Positions 9,646 through 19,722 of a stretch of DNA of 64,000 nt are shown here, piece by piece (the stretch's first letter is position 1; each line of letters begins with the position of its first letter). The stretch comes from an uncultured Gemmatimonadaceae bacterium. GTDB lineage: Bacteria; Gemmatimonadota; Gemmatimonadetes; Gemmatimonadales; Gemmatimonadaceae. The notes under the pieces were generated by a model. The model did no database searches. It was given only the letters and a program-made list of their open reading frames with translations, and was not told where the DNA came from. The stretch spans positions 256,001-320,000 of the forward strand of contig CAWHHI010000005.1 of the NCBI GenBank assembly GCA_963829055.1, read 5' to 3'. Made by a program: the position numbers and the translations under genes.

Positions 9646-11920
9646 TCAGCCGAGGTCGGCCGTCCGAAGCAGCTGCGCGTTGACGGCGACAATGATGGTG
9701 CTCAACGACATGAGCACCGCGCCCACCGCTGGCGACAGCACGATGCCCCACGAGGCGAGCACGCCAGCGGCGAGCGGAATCGCAACGACATTGTAGCCGG
9801 CTGCCCACCACAGGTTCTGTACCATCTTGCGGTAGCTCGCGCGCGAGAGCGTGATGATGCGCGGGATGTCACGCGGGTCACTCCGCACGAGTACCACGTC
9901 GCCGGCCTCCACGGCGACGTCGGTGCCGGCGCCGATCGCGATGCCGACATCGGCCGTCACCAGTGCGGGCGCGTCGTTGACGCCGTCGCCGACCATCGCG
10001 ACGCGCTTCCCCGCTCGTTGCAACTCCTCGATCTTCCCCGCCTTCTGCTCCGGCAACACCCCCGCGAACACGGTGTCGATCCCGAGCTCGGCGGCGACGG
10101 CGTCGGCCACCGGCTTCGCATCACCGGTCATCATCGACAACTTCGACTCCCGCGCGATGCAGTGCGCGGACCGCCTCGAGGGACTCCGGCCGGACCACGT
10201 CCGCGACCGCGAAGGCGGCGAGTGCCTGACGAGTAGTCTCACCGATTTCCTCGACGAGGTATACGACGCTCTGGCCGCGCTGGTCCGCGTCGTCTGCACC
10301 GGCGCGCACGGCCGCGTCGGGGTGTACCCCGAGCTCGCGCAGCAGCGCCGGTCCGCCGACGTAGAGCAGGCGGTCCGCGACACGTGCACGCACGCCGCGG
10401 CCAGGCAGCGCCGTGAACTCGCCCGCGCGCGTGTCGCCCAGCTTCCGCTCGGCGGCGGTGCGGACGATGCCGCGCGCGATCGGATGCTCCGAGTCCGCCT
10501 CGAGGGCCGCGGCGAGCCGCAGCGCGTCGTCGGGGTCGACGCCGCTCGCGGTACTGATCGCGGTGACGCCGAATTCTCCACGCGTGAGCGTTCCAGTCTT
10601 GTCGAACACCACCGTGGTCACGGTGCGCGCCTCCTCCAGGCCGCGGCGGTCGCGCACCAACAGTCCGTTCCGCGCGCCCAGCGTGGTCGAGATCGCGATG
10701 ACGAGCGGCACCGCGAGGCCGAGGGCGTGCGGACAGGCGATCACCAGTACCGTCACGAAACGCTCGATGGCGTAGGAGGATGTCGCGCCAACGAGGAGCC
10801 ACGCGATCAGCGTCACGGCACCCGCGGCCAGCGCGACCCAGGTCAGCCAGAACGCCGCGCGGTCGGCCAGCGCCTGCGCGCGCGAGCGCGAGGTCTGCGC
10901 CTGCTTCGACGAGGCGCATGATGCCGGCCAGCGCCGTACGCTCGCCAGTCCCCACGACACGGATGCGGAGCGATCCCGAGCCGTTCGTCGTCCCGGCGAT
11001 CACTGTGTCGTTAGGTTTCTTGTCGACTGGACGCGATTCCCCAGTGAGGACGGCTTCGTTCACCGCGCTCTCACCGGAGAGGACCACGCCATCCACCGGG
11101 ACGCTCGCGCCTGGGCGCGTGAGGATCACGTCGCCCTCGCGCACCGCGTCGATCGGCACGTCCTCGGTCCGCTCGACGCCGGCGTCGGCCGACGACTCGC
11201 GTGGCGGTGTTCGGCAGGAGCTTGGCGAGCTCGCCCAGTGCGCCCTGCGCCTGCGAGATGGACCGCATCTCGAGCCAGTGCCCGAGCAGCATGATCGTCA
11301 CGAGCGTGGCGAGCTCCTCCCAGAGCGGCATGCCGGGATAGCCTAACGTGACGACCGCGCTGAACACGAACGCGACGGAGATCGCGAGCGCGATCAGCGT
11401 CATCATGCCGGGCAGGCGATCCTGGATCTCCCGCCGGGCGCCCTGAACGAACGGCCATCCGCCGTAGACGAAGACCGCGGTCCCGAAGACGGCGGGAATC
11501 CACGTCGCGCCCGGGAACATTGGCGCGTGATAGCCGAACGCCGTCTGCAGCATGTGTCCCCACACCAGCGTGGGGATCGTGAGCAGCAAGCGAGATCCAG
11601 AACTTGTCGCGGAACATGGCGACGCTGTGGCCGGCGTGCTTGTCATGCCCGGCATGACTACCGGCCGCGTGCTCGGCGGCGCCGTGGTGATGACCATGAG
11701 TGGGCGCGGACGCGGCGTGCCCGGGTGACACAGGAGCCGAGTGGTGGTGATGATCATCGTGCGCCGGAGCGGGCGCGTCACGCTGCGCGACCTCCGGATG
11801 TTCCGGGTATCCGGGTTCCGCCGGTGCGCCGGCAGGCGGGTGGTCGTGGTGCGTCTGCGCGCTGTGCGCGTGCGCGCCGTGGTGGCCGTCAGCCTCGGTG
11901 TCGTGCTCGTCGTTCCGCAT
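9646..11920 (-). CDS. copB: Copper-translocating P1B-type ATPase (CopB-like, His-rich N-terminus), frameshifted
   Basis: His-rich N-terminus, [41 protein letters not shown] (CPH motif), DKTGT, SEHPIA and [10 protein letters not shown] across four frame segments. Confidence 0.88.
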
Positions 11921-12173
11921 AGCGTATCGTTGGTCGAAGGCTTCCGTTCGGCAAGAAACAGGCGTCCGTGGCTCCTACCAGCGCCCAGTTGCTTTCATCC
12001 GCGCGTCGCTGCTCGCCTACTGGCGAGAGGGCGCTTCATGACTTCTTCATGGTGGCAATTGCATGGGATTCAGACCCTAACGACCCGCCCTGGCGTCACT
12101 TCCATAGTGCAAGCTGTGCAGCATCCGGTCCGTTCGCATCGCCCGCCCCCGGGGTCTCGGGTATACTTCAAGC

Positions 12174-12869
12174 GTGCCCGGGCTTACCGTCCTTGTGATC
12201 GATGACGAGCCGCAGATCCGACGCGTTCTTCGGAATGCGCTCGCGGCTGACGACACGCGTGTGCTCGAGGCCGGGTCCGGCCGCGAGGGCATCGACCTCG
12301 CCGCCGCCGAGCGTCCCGACCTGATCGTGCTCGACCTGGGACTGCCGGATGGCCCGGGGATCGACGTCTGTCGCGAGATCCGCTCCTGGTCCACGGCCCC
12401 GGTTCTCGTCCTCTCGGCCCGCCACTCGGATCAGGAAAAGGCCTCGCTGCTCGACGCCGGCGCCGACGACTACGTGACCAAGCCGTTCAGCACCGTCGAG
12501 TTTCTCGCGCGTGTCCGGGCGCAGCTGCGTCGTTCCCGGATGATTTCCACGGATGCCGGAGAAACGGGGATCACCGCCGATGACATCACGATCGACCTCG
12601 TGAAGCGCTCCGTCGTCCGGGACGGGACCGCGATCCACCTAACGCCGATCGAGTGGGAGCTGCTCCGCGTGCTGGCGACGCACGCCGGCCGCACGATGAC
12701 GCACGCTCAGCTGTTCGCGCAGGTGTGGGCGCGCTCGCACGGCGACGCCCAGCAGTACCTCCGCGTCCACGTGGCGAGTCTCCGGCGGAAGCTCGAGCGG
12801 GATCCTGTGCGGCCGCGCCTCATCATCACCGAGCCGGGCGTCGGGTACCGCTTCCAGACGACGGTCTAG
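12174..12869 (+). CDS. kdpE: KdpE-like OmpR-family response regulator
   Basis: VLVIDDEPQIRR, LDLGLPD, DAGADDYVTKPF, YLRVHVASLRRKLERDPVRPRLIITEPGVGYRF. Confidence 0.9.
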   Translation: MPGLTVLVIDDEPQIRRVLRNALAADDTRVLEAGSGREGIDLAAAERPDLIVLDLGLPDGPGIDVCREIRSWSTAPVLVLSARHSDQEKASLLDAGADDYVTKPFSTVEFLARVRAQLRRSRMISTDAGETGITADDITIDLVKRSVVRDGTAIHLTPIEWELLRVLATHAGRTMTHAQLFAQVWARSHGDAQQYLRVHVASLRRKLERDPVRPRLIITEPGVGYRFQTTV

Positions 12870-12872
12870 CTC

Positions 12873-14549
12873 GTGCCGCCCTGGCTGCCACGAGCACGAC
12901 AGCTCTTCACCGGCGAGTCCAATCGCGGCGTCCGGCGCGCGTGGCTCCTCTGGTTCGGGGTCCTCGCGCTCGTCACGGTCGCCATGCTGCAGGTGCAGGA
13001 TTCGCTGCACGAGGCCCATGTCGCGCTCGCGTACCTCCTGGTCGTCCTTGGCGCGAGCGCGTCGGGAGGACGCGTCCTCGGCCTAACGCTGGCGGGCGTC
13101 GCCTTCGGGTGCTTCACTTTTTTCTTCGTCCCGCCCTATCACACGTTCACCGTCACCGAGCCGCTCGACTGGCTCGTGCTGGTCGCGTTCCTGGCGACGA
13201 GTGCCGTTGCCGCGCAACTGCTCGCGCGCGCGCAGAACGAAGCCGCGGCGGCCCGGGAGCGCGCCACCGAGGTCGACCGACTGTCGTCGCTCGGTTCGGA
13301 GGCGCTGAACGCCGGACGCGCCGAGGACGCGCTCGTGGCCATTGCCGACGTGATCCGGGGGACACTGGACACGGTCACGTGCGAGATCTACCTGCGCGAT
13401 GAGCCGCGTCACTCGGTCACACTGGCGGCTCGCAGTAGCATCAAGCCCGCCACCGACGCCACGGACACGGGCTCGTTCAGCCTAACGGGCGACCGTGACA
13501 GGCTCCCTGGCCTGCGCCCGCCCGGCATGCCCGGCGGCGCACGGCTCGTCGAGTGGGTTGCCGAGAGCGGGCGTGCGGTCGCGAGGCGCGCGGACGGAAC
13601 GACGCGGTTCGCCGATGCCGGGCTACGCATCGCCGAGCGCGCCGCGTTCGACCCGACGGGCGCGGGCATACTGCTCCTCCCCTTGCAGGTGCGCGGCCGC
13701 ACGGTGGGCGTGCTGTCCATCGAACACGCCGACGCGCTCACGCTCGACGCGCCGCGGCTCCGCTTCCTCGAGGCACTGGCGTACTACGCGGCGTTAGGCG
13801 TCGAGCGCGTGCGGCTCGTCGCCGAAGCGGAGCACGCCGAAGCGCTTCGCCAGGCGGACCGGCTCAAGGACGCGCTCCTCGCCTCTGTGTCGCACGACCT
13901 GCGCACGCCGCTCACCACGATCAAGGCGCTGGCCCACAGCATTGGTGCCGAGGGGGATGAGCGTGCGGTGACCATCGAGCAGGAAGCCGACCGGCTCAAC
14001 CGCTTCGTCGCTGACCTGCTCGACCTGTCGCGGCTCGCGGGCGGCGCGCTCACGGTGACGCCGGAGCTCACGGCCGCCGACGACCTGCTCGGGGCGGCGT
14101 GGCAGCGGGCGTCCGGCGCGTTAGGCGACCGGGTGCTCGAGGTGTCGCTCGACCCGGACGAGCCGCTCCTCGTCGGCCGCTTCGACTTCGTGCACTCGCT
14201 CAGAGTACTGGTCAATCTGATCGAGAACGCGCTCAAGTATTCGCCGGCGACCGAGCCAGTCGAGGTTGCCGCGCGGCGAGTCGGTGACGTGCTCGAATTC
14301 CTCGTCGAGGACCGCGGCGCGGGGATTCCGGACATCGAGCGGGAGCGCATCTTCGAGCCGTTCTATCGTCCGAGCGACAGCCCGCCGGACACGAGCAGCG
14401 CCGGCCTTGGCCTCTCCATCGCTCGCGGCCTGGCCGAGGCGCAGGGGGGGAGTCTCCGCTACGAGCCGCGTGAAGGGGGCGGGAGCCGTTTCATCTTCTC
14501 CGTCCCGGCGGCTGACCTGACGACACTCGAGGTCACTCCAGGGTCGTAG
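12873..14549 (+). CDS. kdpD: KdpD-like sensor histidine kinase (DUF4118 TM + GAF + HisKA/HATPase; no N-terminal KdpD/Usp domains)
   Basis: Four-TM block ending FFFVPPYHTFTV, SVSHDLRTPLTTI, NLIENALKYS, DRGAGI, GLGLSIA. Confidence 0.82.
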   Translation: MPPWLPRARQLFTGESNRGVRRAWLLWFGVLALVTVAMLQVQDSLHEAHVALAYLLVVLGASASGGRVLGLTLAGVAFGCFTFFFVPPYHTFTVTEPLDWLVLVAFLATSAVAAQLLARAQNEAAAARERATEVDRLSSLGSEALNAGRAEDALVAIADVIRGTLDTVTCEIYLRDEPRHSVTLAARSSIKPATDATDTGSFSLTGDRDRLPGLRPPGMPGGARLVEWVAESGRAVARRADGTTRFADAGLRIAERAAFDPTGAGILLLPLQVRGRTVGVLSIEHADALTLDAPRLRFLEALAYYAALGVERVRLVAEAEHAEALRQADRLKDALLASVSHDLRTPLTTIKALAHSIGAEGDERAVTIEQEADRLNRFVADLLDLSRLAGGALTVTPELTAADDLLGAAWQRASGALGDRVLEVSLDPDEPLLVGRFDFVHSLRVLVNLIENALKYSPATEPVEVAARRVGDVLEFLVEDRGAGIPDIERERIFEPFYRPSDSPPDTSSAGLGLSIARGLAEAQGGSLRYEPREGGGSRFIFSVPAADLTTLEVTPGS

Positions 14550-14558
14550 CGGCGCGTT

Positions 14559-14695
14559 GTCATTCCGAGCGCTCTGTCATTCCGAGTGAGCGAAGCGAGT
14601 CGAGGAATCCCTGGCTTGCAGGGTAGAGAGCCCTCTATCGGGACGATCGCGATTCCTCGACTGCGCGGCCTGACGGCCGCTCCGCTCGGAATGAC
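14559..14695. repeat. REP-like palindromic element (GTCATTCCGAGCG ... CGCTCGGAATGAC)
   Basis: Left arm duplicated (14559-14571 and 14576-14588), inner AGTCGAGGAATC/GATTCCTCGACT pair, right arm 14683-14695. Confidence 0.8.
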
Positions 14696-14704
14696 CACCG
14701 AAGT

Positions 14705-14754
14705 CTTTGTGAAATCTTTATGCCGAACGGCCGCGCCTTTGTGCGGCCTTCACG
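14705..14754 (+). promoter_or_regulatory. Tandem direct-repeat boxes, putative KdpE binding sites
   Basis: CTTTGTG (14705), CTTTATG (14716), CTTTGTG (14737), CTTCACG (14748); 11/21/11-bp spacing typical of OmpR-family sites; located upstream of kup. Confidence 0.6.
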
Positions 14755-14832
14755 TCGCGACCGGTAGCGTAGCGTATCTGTCTGCGCGGAGCGTCGTCTT
14801 CGCTCCGCGAGTCTCACTGCGTCGCGATCACC

Positions 14833-14937
14833 ATGTTCAATTGGATTTTGTTCATCGTACTGGTTGTCTGGATTCTCGACTCCGAGGATGACAAGGCCAC
14901 ACCGCGCCGGCGGCTCCGGCTGATCAAGCCCTCGTGA
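14833..14937 (+). CDS. 34-aa single-TM peptide (KdpF-like position), translationally coupled to kup
   Basis: MFNWILFIVLVVWILDSEDDKATPRRRLRLIKPS*; its TGA overlaps the kup GTG start (GTGA, 14934-14937). Confidence 0.5.
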   Translation: MFNWILFIVLVVWILDSEDDKATPRRRLRLIKPS

Positions 14938-16928
14938 CCGCTCAGCCAGAACAGCTCGAGCAGGTCGGTCTTCCGCAGAATCCACCAGCCACGACCGCCG
15001 GGCCGGCATCCGGGTCGCAACAGCCAGCGGGTGCGCGCCACCATCGCGAGCTTCACCCGACAGGGCGCCGACTGGCCGTCCTGACGCTCGGCGCGCTCGG
15101 TGTCGTGTACGGCGACATCGGCACGAGCCCGCTGTACGCGCTTCGCGAGTGCTTCAGCAACCTGTACGGTCTCACGCCCTCGCCCACGAACGTGTACGGC
15201 GTGCTGTCGCTCATCATCTGGGCGATCCTGCTCGTCGTCGCGGTCAAGTACATCGTCTTCATCCTCCGCGCCGACAACAACGGCGAGGGAGGCATTCTCG
15301 CGCTCATGGCGCTCGTGCTGCAGCGCGAGCACGGGACGGGCGGGCGACGGCGACGCGCCATCGTCATTGGACTCGGTCTCTTCGGGGCCGCACTGCTGTA
15401 CGGCGACGGGATCATCACGCCCCCGGTCTCGGTGTTCGGCGCCATGGAGGGGCTCCTGGTGGCCGCGCCCGCGTTCGAGAAACTGATCGTCCCGGTCACG
15501 TTCGCGATTCTCTTCACGCTCTTCTTCTTCCAGAAGCGCGGGACCGGTGGCATCGGCGCCGTGTTCGGCCCGGTCGTCCTTCTCTGGTTCGGCACGATCG
15601 CCGTGCTCGGTGGGCGTGAGATCCTTCGTTCGCCGAGGATCCTGCTCGCGCTGAACCCGTGGTACGGCGTGCAGTTCTTCGCGACGCATAACGCGCGTGC
15701 GTTCTTCATTCTCGGCTCTGTCGTGCTCGCCATCACGGGAGCCGAAGCGCTGTACGCGGACCTCGGGCATTTCGGCAAGCGCCCGATCCGGCTCGCGTTC
15801 TTCGCCTTCGTTCTTCCGGCGCTGCTGCTGAACTATTTCGGCCAGGGCGCGCTCATCCTCCGCGTCCCGGCGGCGGCGGAGAATCCGTTCTATCTGCTGG
15901 CGCCCAAGTGGTTCCTGTACCCGCTCCTGGGTATCGCGAACGCCGCGGCGATCGTCGCGTCGCAGGCGCTCATCTCGGGCGCGTACTCGCTCACGCAGCA
16001 GGCCGTCCAGCTCGGCTACATCCCGCGGGTGACGATCGTCCACACGTCCAAGCAGGAGGCGGGGCAGATCTACATCCCCGAGGTCAACAGCGCGCTCATG
16101 ATCGGGTGCCTAACGCTGGTGGTGACGTTCCGCTCGGCCGGCGCGCTGGCGGCGGCGTACGGCATCGCGGTCACGGGCACGATGGTGATCACGACGATCC
16201 TGTTCGCGATCGTCGCCCGCAACCGATGGGGATGGTCGAAGAGAAACGTCGCGCTGCTGACGGCTGGCTTCCTGATCGTCGATCTCGCGTTCTTCGCGGC
16301 GAACGCGGTCAAGATCGTCGCCGGCGGGTGGGTGCCGCTCGCACTGGCGGTCGTGTTCTTCACCCTCATGACGACGTGGAAGGCGGGTCGCGAGCTGCTG
16401 GCGGGGATCCTGCGTCAGGGCGCGCTCCCGATGGAGCTGCTGCTCGACGACCTCAAACGGCGCCGCATTCCTCGCGTGCCCGGTACAGCGGTGTTCATGA
16501 CGTCGGGCACGGACGGCGCGCCAGTGGTGTTGCTGCATCATCTCAAGCACAACAAGGTGCTGCACGAGGAAGTGATCCTGCTCTCGGTTCAATCGGCCGA
16601 GGTGCCCGACGTCGATGACGCCGACCGCGTGCGCGTCCAGTCGTTAGGCCAGGGGTTCTTCCAGGTGATCGCGACGTTCGGCTTCATGGAGACGCCGAAT
16701 GTTCCGGCGGTGCTCGAGCGCGCTCGCGCGTCGGGCATTCGCGCGGCCAGCGCGGAGACGAGCTACGTCCTCGGGCGCGAGCGCCTGCTGCCGTATGGGA
16801 CGTCGCAGATGTCGCGCTGGCGGAAGAAGCTGTTCGTGTTCATGTCGCGGAACGCGCGGTCGGCGACGGAGTTCTTCGGCCTGCCGACGAACCGCGTGGT
16901 GGAGCTCGGCGCGCAGATCGAGTTCTGA
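14934..16928 (+). CDS. kup: Potassium transporter Kup (KUP/HAK/KT)
   Basis: LGVVYGDIGTSPLYA, RADNNGEGG, GAEALYADLGHFG, GQIYIPEVN, NRVVELGAQIEF. Confidence 0.97.
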   Translation: MTAQPEQLEQVGLPQNPPATTAGPASGSQQPAGARHHRELHPTGRRLAVLTLGALGVVYGDIGTSPLYALRECFSNLYGLTPSPTNVYGVLSLIIWAILLVVAVKYIVFILRADNNGEGGILALMALVLQREHGTGGRRRRAIVIGLGLFGAALLYGDGIITPPVSVFGAMEGLLVAAPAFEKLIVPVTFAILFTLFFFQKRGTGGIGAVFGPVVLLWFGTIAVLGGREILRSPRILLALNPWYGVQFFATHNARAFFILGSVVLAITGAEALYADLGHFGKRPIRLAFFAFVLPALLLNYFGQGALILRVPAAAENPFYLLAPKWFLYPLLGIANAAAIVASQALISGAYSLTQQAVQLGYIPRVTIVHTSKQEAGQIYIPEVNSALMIGCLTLVVTFRSAGALAAAYGIAVTGTMVITTILFAIVARNRWGWSKRNVALLTAGFLIVDLAFFAANAVKIVAGGWVPLALAVVFFTLMTTWKAGRELLAGILRQGALPMELLLDDLKRRRIPRVPGTAVFMTSGTDGAPVVLLHHLKHNKVLHEEVILLSVQSAEVPDVDDADRVRVQSLGQGFFQVIATFGFMETPNVPAVLERARASGIRAASAETSYVLGRERLLPYGTSQMSRWRKKLFVFMSRNARSATEFFGLPTNRVVELGAQIEF

Positions 16929-16944
16929 TCCGCGCGGCCTGGAG

Positions 16945-17934
16945 TCATCGCCGCGGCCGCCATACCGGGCCTTCGTCTTTAGCGACGTGCCGGGTGATGT
17001 TCACCGGGTTGCTCCCGTCCGCGTTCGCGATGACGATCTCCCAGTTCGTCACGAGTGCGGACTTGGGGTCCGCTGGGTCCGCGCGCGTGTCGAAGAGCTG
17101 TTGGAAGACGATTCGCTTCCCGTCGGGCGACCAGTTCGCTGCTGTGTTCCCGCCGACGGTGTCCGGCGACAGGCGACGTTGCGCAGTCCCGTCGCGGCGA
17201 ATCGAGTACACGGCCAGATCGCCGCGTTGTTGACTCGAGAAGGCGATCGTCTCGCCGTCCGGTGACCATGTCGGCCACCAGGCCGGGGGTGTCGCGGCCA
17301 GCGACGCGACTTCGGCCCCACTCGCGACGTCGACGATGACGAGCGTGAAATCACTGACTCGTTCGGCGATGAGCTGCGTTCCGTCCGGTGACCAGCTCGT
17401 GGGATTCGGTATGTAATCCCGGTTCGCGATCGCGGTCGCCGCGGACCCGTCCGGGGCCATGAGCATCATTCGCCAGCGGCGAGGGTACCCTGGATCGAAG
17501 CCGCCCGGCGCGTTCGCCTGCTCGCCGGAGTAGTACGCAATGTGACGACCGTCAGGGGCCCAGGCAGGGCACGTGTTGAACAACGGACCCTGCGTGATTT
17601 GCGTCTGACTCCCTGCCGCGACGTCGAGTACCAGAATCTGGTCGCGTTTGTCGAGCGTCTCCGCGAACGCGAGTCGTGACCCGTCTGGCGACCATGAGAG
17701 GCAGAATGGGATGTTCTGCGTTTTCGTCAGCAGCGTCACGCGCGTACCCGCGGCATCCGTCAGGTAGATGCCATAGCTCGCGCCGTCGCGATTGCTGGCG
17801 AACGCGATTTCGCCCGTTACCTGGGAGCGCGTACCGGTGGGCCCATCACCGCAGGCGAGGATGGACAGGGTGATGAACAGGGTAGCGAGGGCCACCAGTG
17901 CGGTGGTCCTGGGGGATGTCGGGACCGATTGCAT
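16945..17934 (-). CDS. TolB-like PD40/WD40 beta-propeller lipoprotein
   Basis: Lipobox ILAC after a hydrophobic stretch; repeated WSPDG/WAPDG motifs. The long N-terminal extension of ORF 16945..19689 is antisense to other genes. Confidence 0.82.
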   Translation of the reverse strand: MQSVPTSPRTTALVALATLFITLSILACGDGPTGTRSQVTGEIAFASNRDGASYGIYLTDAAGTRVTLLTKTQNIPFCLSWSPDGSRLAFAETLDKRDQILVLDVAAGSQTQITQGPLFNTCPAWAPDGRHIAYYSGEQANAPGGFDPGYPRRWRMMLMAPDGSAATAIANRDYIPNPTSWSPDGTQLIAERVSDFTLVIVDVASGAEVASLAATPPAWWPTWSPDGETIAFSSQQRGDLAVYSIRRDGTAQRRLSPDTVGGNTAANWSPDGKRIVFQQLFDTRADPADPKSALVTNWEIVIANADGSNPVNITRHVAKDEGPVWRPRR

Positions 17935-18195
17935 TGGAGCCAGTCCTGCAAGACGCGCGCTGCGGGTCGGCACTAGCGAGCTGCGGCTCTCGCCGTCTGA
18001 ACAAGGCCTCCACCGTGACCCACCCGTCTCCCGCCGCACCGAGCTTGCCGGCGGCGCCAAGGCGGCCCAATCGTGGCGGCCCGCGGGCCCGGATTGCGGT
18101 AGTCGCACAGCCGGGGCTCGGACGCGTTTGGGAGCGGTGGCCACGCCTAACGTTCTCCGCCGCCGATCCCGCCACCTCGACTCAATGGAGCGACC

Positions 18196-18846
18196 ATGAC
18201 CAGAGTCCAGCTTCGATGCGCCACGCTGACGATCATCGCCCTCACAGCGGCGTGCTCGGACGACCCGGTGAGTCAGAACGCGCAGGCGTCGGTTGCGACG
18301 TCCATGGGCGCCAGCCTCTCGTCGAACAGGGGTAACGGCAACGAAGGCAATGGGGTGGGCAATGGTGGACCGAAGCGCTATATCGCCGTGAAGGACGATT
18401 GCGACCCCACGGACCCAGCGTGGGCGCCAACGGGAGGTTGTCTGCTGAAGGACGGGGCCGTGACGAACGCGGAGTTCTCCGCGTTTCTGACGTCGCCGCT
18501 GTCTCCGACGACGGTGGTCGGTCATCCGGCGTGGCGGAACGAGCCCTCCTACATCAAGATCGAAGCCGGCCAGAGCGTACGCGTGACGAACGAAGGAGGC
18601 CGGCTGCACACCTTCACGGAGGTCGCGGCCTACGGCGGAGGACGCGTCCCACCACTGAGGGTTGGGCTGATCCCCGCCCCGGAGTGCCTCGCGATGGCGC
18701 CAAGCGCCGAGCTCCCGCCAGGCGCTACCCTCACCGTCGACGCGTTGGCCGTTGGCACGCACCGCTTCCAGTGCTGTATCCACTCGTGGATGCGCGCGGC
18801 CATCAAGGTCCTGCCTGACGAGCAGCACGGGCATTCGAAGACCTGA
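18196..18846 (+). CDS. Cupredoxin-like lipoprotein
   Basis: Lipobox TAAC; VTNEGGRLHTFT and FQCCIHSWM give the H..C..H..M type-1 copper ligand pattern. Confidence 0.7.
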   Translation: MTRVQLRCATLTIIALTAACSDDPVSQNAQASVATSMGASLSSNRGNGNEGNGVGNGGPKRYIAVKDDCDPTDPAWAPTGGCLLKDGAVTNAEFSAFLTSPLSPTTVVGHPAWRNEPSYIKIEAGQSVRVTNEGGRLHTFTEVAAYGGGRVPPLRVGLIPAPECLAMAPSAELPPGATLTVDALAVGTHRFQCCIHSWMRAAIKVLPDEQHGHSKT

Positions 18847-18882
18847 CGGCGCGCTGACCCGATCACCGCGATCGGGTCGCCT

Positions 18883-18919
18883 AACGGTGCGCGCTATCAA
18901 GCGCGCACCGTTTTGTTTG
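18883..18919 (+). terminator. Rho-independent terminator
   Basis: AACGGTGCGCGCT-atca-AGCGCGCACCGTT followed by a TTGTTTG tract, downstream of the cupredoxin gene. Confidence 0.7.
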
Positions 18920-19002
18920 TAACCAACCAGCGTCTCGTGGATACCTGAAGCGGGCGACGCCGCGCAACGTGTGCCGCCCGACCGTCCCGCATAGGGGCTT
19001 CC

Positions 19003-19722
19003 ATGAGCGCCATCGTCATCCCGCCCACGCCCGTTACGTCTCGGCGCCTCGCGCCGGTCGCGTCGTGGACGCACACTGTCGTCGTCGTATCGGTCTTCGC
19101 GGCGCTCGCACTTGCGGGCGTGCTCGGTCACGCGCATGTGAGCGCGAACCGGGCGAGTGTGGCGTCGCGCCCGAACACCATTCTGATCTATGTCGGGCTG
19201 ATCGCGGCCGAGTGGGCGTTGGTCATGTACGTGCGCCGAGGCGTGCGTCGCACCGGAACGACGCTCGTCGACCTCCTCGGCGGTGGCTTGAGCGAGCGCC
19301 GCAACCTGGTGTCCGACCTCGCGCTCGGCGCCAGCCTGTGGGGCATGTGGGCGCTCATCGAACTGGCGTCTGCCCACTGGTGGGGAGCCTCGAGCGGCGC
19401 GACGGTACGGCCATTTCTCGCCCATCGCCCGGTGGAGGTGGTCACCTGGATCGTACTCTCCATGAGTGCCGGCTTCGCCGAGGAGGTCGTGTTCCGCGGG
19501 TACCTGCAGCGGCAGTTCGCCTCGCTCACGGGAAGCGCGGGAGTCGCGCTCGTTATGCAGGCCGCGCTCTTCGGCGTGTCGCACGGCTATCAGGGCCCCG
19601 GCGCCTGCGCGAGAATCATCGCGTTCGGGTGTCTGTTCGGACTCGTCGCACTCTGGCGGCGACGCTTGCGGCCGGGGATCATCGCACACGCGCTCACCGA
19701 CATCATTGCCGGACTTGCTTGA
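19003..19722 (+). CDS. CPBP (CAAX/Abi) family intramembrane metalloprotease
   Basis: EEVVFRGYL, FGVSHGYQG and AHALTD motifs; multiple TM segments. Confidence 0.9.
   Translation: MSAIVIPPTPVTSRRLAPVASWTHTVVVVSVFAALALAGVLGHAHVSANRASVASRPNTILIYVGLIAAEWALVMYVRRGVRRTGTTLVDLLGGGLSERRNLVSDLALGASLWGMWALIELASAHWWGASSGATVRPFLAHRPVEVVTWIVLSMSAGFAEEVVFRGYLQRQFASLTGSAGVALVMQAALFGVSHGYQGPGACARIIAFGCLFGLVALWRRRLRPGIIAHALTDIIAGLA

Noticed and set aside
11640..11920. His-rich low-complexity stretch as a separate metal-binding peptide
   Set aside because: It is the normal N-terminal metal-binding region of CopB-type ATPases, separated only by an indel.
16945..19689. 914-aa minus-strand ORF as a single giant protein
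   Set aside because: Only the last ~330 aa (from 17934) look like a TolB-like lipoprotein; the rest is antisense to the cupredoxin and CPBP genes and is Arg/Gly-rich shadow.
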